From positions 12,978 through 76,977 of the IMG/VR virus record IMGVR_UViG_3300037193_002017: 64,000 bases of DNA; one strand, 5' to 3'. The DNA comes from a virus. Under the pieces are notes generated by a model. That model worked only from the letters and a program-made list of their open reading frames with translations, was not told the DNA's origin and searched no databases. Below, in pieces: positions 60,198 to 64,000 of this stretch. Position 1 is the first letter of the stretch. Every line of letters starts with the position of its first letter. Position numbers and translations under genes: made by a program.

Positions 60198-60488
60198 GTG
60201 GACGCTGCCACTGTCGGAGCAGTACTCGCGCTCGTGGGTGTGCTGTCGGGGTCGGTGGTCGCCTACCTCGGCAAGCGGGGTGAGAACGCGAACGCGCGGA
60301 TGGTCGCCGAGATGGACCAGGTCCAGGAGGAGCGCGACCGGATGATGCAGCAGCGTGATGCCCTGCAGATACAGGTCAGTGACAAGGACAAGCGGATCGA
60401 GGAGCTGCTCGAGCAGCGGCTTGCCGATCGGGAGACGATCGCGCGGCTCCGCGTGAGGATCGTTGAGATGGGGGGCGATCCGTCGTGA
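60198..60488 (+). CDS. Lysis-cassette membrane protein (1 TM + coiled coil)
   Basis: Near-identical to 4411..4701. Confidence 0.75.
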   Translation: MDAATVGAVLALVGVLSGSVVAYLGKRGENANARMVAEMDQVQEERDRMMQQRDALQIQVSDKDKRIEELLEQRLADRETIARLRVRIVEMGGDPS

Positions 60489-61180
60489 CCCGTGCGGAGT
60501 TGGTGCTGGCGGGGCGGTGGCGGTGGATCGCCGTGTTCTGCTGGCTGATCGCCCTGACCGGCGCGGCCGTCGTCGGCTGGTCCTACTTCCAGCAGGCGGT
60601 GACGGAGGCGGACCGGCGGGGCGAGGCCGTCAGCACCCTCGCCTCCGACGTTCGGGTCCTGCGCGAACAGGTGAAGGCATCGGGCGAGGTGCCGGCGGCG
60701 CCGGACCCGAGCCAGGCCGTCAAGGACCTCGAGGACCGGGCCCGGGTCCCCGTCCCCATCCCAGGGCCCGCGGGCCCGGCGGGAGAGAAGGGGGAGCAGG
60801 GGGAGCCCGGATCACCGGGGGCGACAGGCGCGCCGGGCCGCGACGGTACGGACGGGGCCGAGGGCGAGGCCGGTGCGCCTGGTGAGCCGGGGGCGGAGGG
60901 GCCCGCCGGCCCGGCGGGTCCTGCGGGGCCCCCTGGTCCTCAGGGCGAGCCCGGCCCGGCAGGGCCTGAGGGCCCGGCTGGCGAGCAAGGTGAGCAGGGA
61001 CCTGCGGGTGAGCCGGGCCGGGATGGGCAGACCTGCCCGGACGGATACAGCCTCCAGGCGCCGGCCTGGGACGAGGACGCGCTCGTGTGCCGCCGCGATG
61101 GCGCGGAGGACGGTGGGAGTGATCCCCAGCCGGAGTCACCGCTGGCGGTGGCTCTCGAGCCCCGACGACGGTACGCATGA
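60485..61180 (+). CDS. Membrane-anchored collagen-like protein
   Basis: Homologue of 4698..5390. Confidence 0.85.
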   Translation: MTRAELVLAGRWRWIAVFCWLIALTGAAVVGWSYFQQAVTEADRRGEAVSTLASDVRVLREQVKASGEVPAAPDPSQAVKDLEDRARVPVPIPGPAGPAGEKGEQGEPGSPGATGAPGRDGTDGAEGEAGAPGEPGAEGPAGPAGPAGPPGPQGEPGPAGPEGPAGEQGEQGPAGEPGRDGQTCPDGYSLQAPAWDEDALVCRRDGAEDGGSDPQPESPLAVALEPRRRYA

Positions 61181-61188
61181 ACCACCAG

Positions 61189-61226
61189 TGGCCCCCGCAT
61201 CCTGCCCTGCGCAGGTGCGGGGGCCA
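61189..61226 (+). terminator. Late operon terminator hairpin
   Basis: tggcccccgca...tgcgggggcca followed by ttt. Confidence 0.65.
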
Positions 61227-61339
61227 TTTCGTCTGGTTCGGGCCGCTGACCTGCCCGAGCCATCTGAGGGCAGGAAAGGAACACTCGCCTCTGCCGGTCG
61301 CAAGGCCCTGAACTGCAAGAAGAATAGTTCTCGGAATAA

Positions 61340-61374
61340 TTGACAGGGGTAAATTAAGTCGGCAGGATGCTCCC
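61340..61374 (+). promoter_or_regulatory. Sigma70-type promoter for a probably leaderless accessory operon
   Basis: TTGACA-N17-CAGGAT-N6-GTG in an AT-rich patch. Confidence 0.7.
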
Positions 61375-61995
61375 GTGACTCAACCGATCACGGCCCAACA
61401 GGCCTCCCAGGTCCTATCCCCGCACCTCGAGAAGATCGGCTCGTGTATCAACCAAGGTTGGCAGCGATGGCGCCACCTGATCGACAACGACACTGAGCTC
61501 GGCCTGATCCTCAGTAACCGCTCGCGGGCCAGCATCGTCTACGACTGCATCCGCTACGAAGCGACTCAGGCCTTCCACGGGAAGGAGGACGTACACCTCA
61601 GCGAGAAGAGGGGTGTCATGCTCCTCACCTTCAGCGACAAGATCGTCCTTCGGTTCAAGAAGTTCCGCGACGTGGGCATGCGGACCAGTGGCATCCCGAC
61701 GCAGCAGAGCCGAGACTTTGCCGCACAGGTGCTGCCCGGCATGGAGGAACTGACACATCTCGTAGCCGGCTACCTGCCCGACGACACCGGCATCGGCTTG
61801 TATCTGGCCGCCATCACCTGCTCGCTGGATGATGACCAGCTGTGGGTCTTGGACCTGGACCTCGGGATCGATCAGACGGTGCCAGCCGTGCCGGTCCCTC
61901 TGCCGACTGGTCAAGACCAGCGGGATACCATCGTGCGCCGCAAGTCGGACACCCAGGACCAAGACCAGAACCCGGCGGCAACGGAGGAGAGGTAG
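61375..61995 (+). CDS. Hypothetical protein, putative toxin partner of XRE-IrrE
   Basis: LRFKK...SGIPTQQ...GY motif; in an operon with the peptidase gene. Confidence 0.7.
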   Translation: MTQPITAQQASQVLSPHLEKIGSCINQGWQRWRHLIDNDTELGLILSNRSRASIVYDCIRYEATQAFHGKEDVHLSEKRGVMLLTFSDKIVLRFKKFRDVGMRTSGIPTQQSRDFAAQVLPGMEELTHLVAGYLPDDTGIGLYLAAITCSLDDDQLWVLDLDLGIDQTVPAVPVPLPTGQDQRDTIVRRKSDTQDQDQNPAATEER

Positions 61996-62001
61996 CCCAT
62001 C

Positions 62002-63033
62002 ATGAACCCGCGCCTACTGCAGCTCGCGCGGGAGTCACGCGGACTTTCCCAGTCCAGGCTGGCCGGCCTCGCGGGTATGTCGCAAGCGGCGCTGTCCAAG
62101 GCAGAGAACGGTCTGACCGTCCTGTCCCCCGACAAGCTGGCCGCAGTCGCAGACGTGCTCGGCTATCCCCGAAGGCTCTTCGACTGGCCGGATGAACCGG
62201 TTGGCCTCGGCCCTTCAGGGTTCTACCACCGCAAGCAGTCCGGCCTCGGCAAGACCTCGCTCCTGCGCATCGAGGCAGACGTCAGCCTGCTCTTGATGCA
62301 GGTGCGACGTCTTGAGGCCAGCGTTGAGATCGAGCCTGCATTCCGGCTGCCGATCCTCGACTCGGAGGAGTACGAACCGGAGGAAGCCGCCAGCAAGGTG
62401 CGTGCCAGCTGGCTGATCCCCGACGGCCCTGTGCCAGACGTGATCCGCGCCGTGGAAAGGGCAGGAATCGTTGTCGTGCGCAGAGACCTGGAGACACCCA
62501 AGATCTCCGGTCTCAGCGTCCGTCCACCCAACGGACTCCCCGTGATCATTCTGAACACGGGGATGCCGCCAGCCCGTGAACGCTTCACCGTGCTCCACGA
62601 GCTTGGGCATCTGGTCATGCACCAGATCCCCTCGGACGACGGAGAGCGCGAAGCGGACCGCTTCGCGGCGGAGTTCCTGATGCCCGCCCGCTTGATCAGC
62701 CCGTACCTCGCAGGGCTGAACATTCAACGGGCAGTCCAGCTGAAGCAGTACTGGAAGGCGTCCATGGCGTCCATCATCCGGACCGCCCACCGCCTGGGAA
62801 AGATCGACGACCGGAGGTACAAGAGTCTGCAGGTTCAGATGTCTCAGCTCGGCTACCGCCGAGACGAGCCAGCGGAACCCCAGGCCGAGACTCCTCGGAT
62901 CCTGCCGAGCATGATCGACCTGCACCGCGACGAGCACGGCTACTCAGACGTCGAACTCGCCACGGTCGTAGGCCTGCGTGTCCCCGAGTTTCACGCCGAG
63001 TTCGGCGCAGCTCGCGGACTACGCGCTGTCTGA
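62002..63033 (+). CDS. XRE HTH + ImmA/IrrE (M78) metallopeptidase fusion
   Basis: N-terminal HTH; RFTVLHELGH HExxH; EREADRFAAEFLMP. Confidence 0.92.
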   Translation: MNPRLLQLARESRGLSQSRLAGLAGMSQAALSKAENGLTVLSPDKLAAVADVLGYPRRLFDWPDEPVGLGPSGFYHRKQSGLGKTSLLRIEADVSLLLMQVRRLEASVEIEPAFRLPILDSEEYEPEEAASKVRASWLIPDGPVPDVIRAVERAGIVVVRRDLETPKISGLSVRPPNGLPVIILNTGMPPARERFTVLHELGHLVMHQIPSDDGEREADRFAAEFLMPARLISPYLAGLNIQRAVQLKQYWKASMASIIRTAHRLGKIDDRRYKSLQVQMSQLGYRRDEPAEPQAETPRILPSMIDLHRDEHGYSDVELATVVGLRVPEFHAEFGAARGLRAV

Positions 63034-63062
63034 CCCCGCCTCCCCACCCCTCGCACTGCATC

Positions 63063-63099
63063 AGCGGCCCTCGTCCTCCTCGGGAGGGCGAGGGCCGCT
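63063..63099. terminator. Bidirectional terminator-like hairpin
   Basis: Near-identical to 5398..5433; between convergent genes. Confidence 0.75.
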
Positions 63100-63114
63100 T
63101 CGTCGTGCCCGGAG

Positions 63115-63306
63115 TCAGGCTGCCTCGGCGTAGGCAGGACGACGTTCGGCTGCGTCGGCGATCGCCCAGGCGGTGACGAGTTGCTCGTACTCGGCCCGTT
63201 CGTGGGGGCGGAGGTACCCGCCGGCGTTGAGGAAGAGGGTGCGTATCCGGTCGTTGAGGTCGGCCGCAGACCGCACGGAACCAGGGGCAGTGGGGTCAGG
63301 GGGCAT
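63115..63306 (-). CDS. Small conserved hypothetical protein (homologue of 6992..7186)
   Basis: High identity; -10-like TACGCT 6 nt before ATG. Confidence 0.75.
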   Translation of the reverse strand: MPPDPTAPGSVRSAADLNDRIRTLFLNAGGYLRPHERAEYEQLVTAWAIADAAERRPAYAEAA

Positions 63307-63505
63307 ACGGGAAGCGTACGCGGGACCGCTGACGACGTTGCCCTCTCTGCTAGTCCTCCAGGGGCGGCGGAGGGAGCCCTTTCGTCATGCCCGCTTGCGA
63401 GCAATTCCCCCGCCCTGCCCGAGAGGCGCAATCTGCTGCAATCCCAAGGCGCGACAGCGCCATCCCGCGCATCCTGGATCTCCAACCAGCACAGATGGAG
63501 GGCGC

Positions 63506-63883
63506 GCCTATGGGCGCGGCCGCCCGAGGCCGCTGTTCCTGGGCGCCGCCCCCAAGGTGCTGCTCGCTTCGTTCGGCTCGACGCAACTGAAGAAGGTCTT
63601 TGCATCGCACCACGACGAGCTCGTGCGCTGCGGCCTTCCCGCGGAGTGGCCCGAGTTCCGCCGCCACTACGCGGCCATCCGCAAGGCGGGCCACTACGTC
63701 TCCAAGGGCGAGCTGGAGCCGCAACTGGCGGCGGTGGCGGCGCCCATCCCCAAGTCCGATGGCGGTGCATGGGCCGCCATCTCACTGGTGTTCGATACCT
63801 CGCGTCTCGCGATCGTCGACCTTGAAAAGATGGTCCACCTGATCACCGAGTCCGCCATGCGCATCGGGGGTCGGCTGGGCTAG
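63506..63883 (+). pseudogene. C-terminal fragment of an IclR-family regulator (no HTH)
   Basis: G..RPLFLGAAPKVLLA...GELEP..AAVAAPI...AAISL effector-domain motifs; upstream frame is not IclR-like. Confidence 0.75.
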
Positions 63884-63920
63884 CTCCAACCCGTTCCCCA
63901 ACCCGCTCCAAGGCATTCTC

Positions 63921-64000
63921 ATGAAACTCATCAGCTATCAATACAACGGCAAGGACAGCTTCGGCGCTGTGATCGGCGACCGCGTGGTCGACCTGGCCGA
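63921..64000 (+). CDS. N-terminus of a fumarylacetoacetate-hydrolase-family protein (truncated by window)
   Basis: MKLISYQYNGKDSFGAVIGDRVVDLA. Confidence 0.6.
   Translation, partial: MKLISYQYNGKDSFGAVIGDRVVDLA

Larger units (their letters stand above)
11585..63500. mobile_element. Element B: near-complete HK97-type temperate siphophage/prophage
   Basis: int-cI-cro-xis, early genes, HNH, terS/terL, portal, protease, capsid, tail, tape measure and lysis in canonical order; right att not reached. Confidence 0.93.

Noticed and set aside
63173-63505. Full-length 236-aa IclR ORF
   Set aside because: The N-terminal part is antisense to a conserved phage gene and lacks an HTH; only the C-terminal part is IclR-like.
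63501-63508. GGCGCGCC (AscI) site at the apparent junction, suggesting cloning
   Set aside because: Expected by chance at this GC content, and there is no vector sequence.

Overview
High-GC, Streptomyces-like DNA made almost entirely of two related temperate siphophage genomes joined at an attP-like site. Element A (1 to about 11,584) is the right end of one phage: tailspike, lysis cassette, a PIN toxin pair, and a HAD/XRE-TPR/DUF6415 accessory block. The join is the 3' part of tRNA-Arg(CCT) at 11,585-11,638. Element B (about 11,640-63,500) is a near-complete phage with a tyrosine integrase, a cI/cro/xis switch, about 30 early genes, a cos-like site, an HK97-type head, a tail with a -1 frameshift chaperone, a second lysis cassette and an XRE-IrrE pair. 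The most unusual feature lies at about 29.9-35.1 kb. It is an operon of membrane proteins resembling plasmid kor/spd spreading loci, controlled by a perfect palindrome. It has two membrane-anchored winged-helix-like proteins, each beside its own repeat array, but no TraB/FtsK ATPase. Other observations: a conserved, unannotated 33-aa Cys/His microprotein in both lysis cassettes; a 37-bp motif shared by the att arm and the lytic promoter; a non-canonical integrase active site; a swappable toxin-antitoxin slot; and an abrupt switch to proteobacterial-looking genes in the last ~500 bp, possibly an assembly join. Family assignments come from motif recognition by eye, not from database searches.
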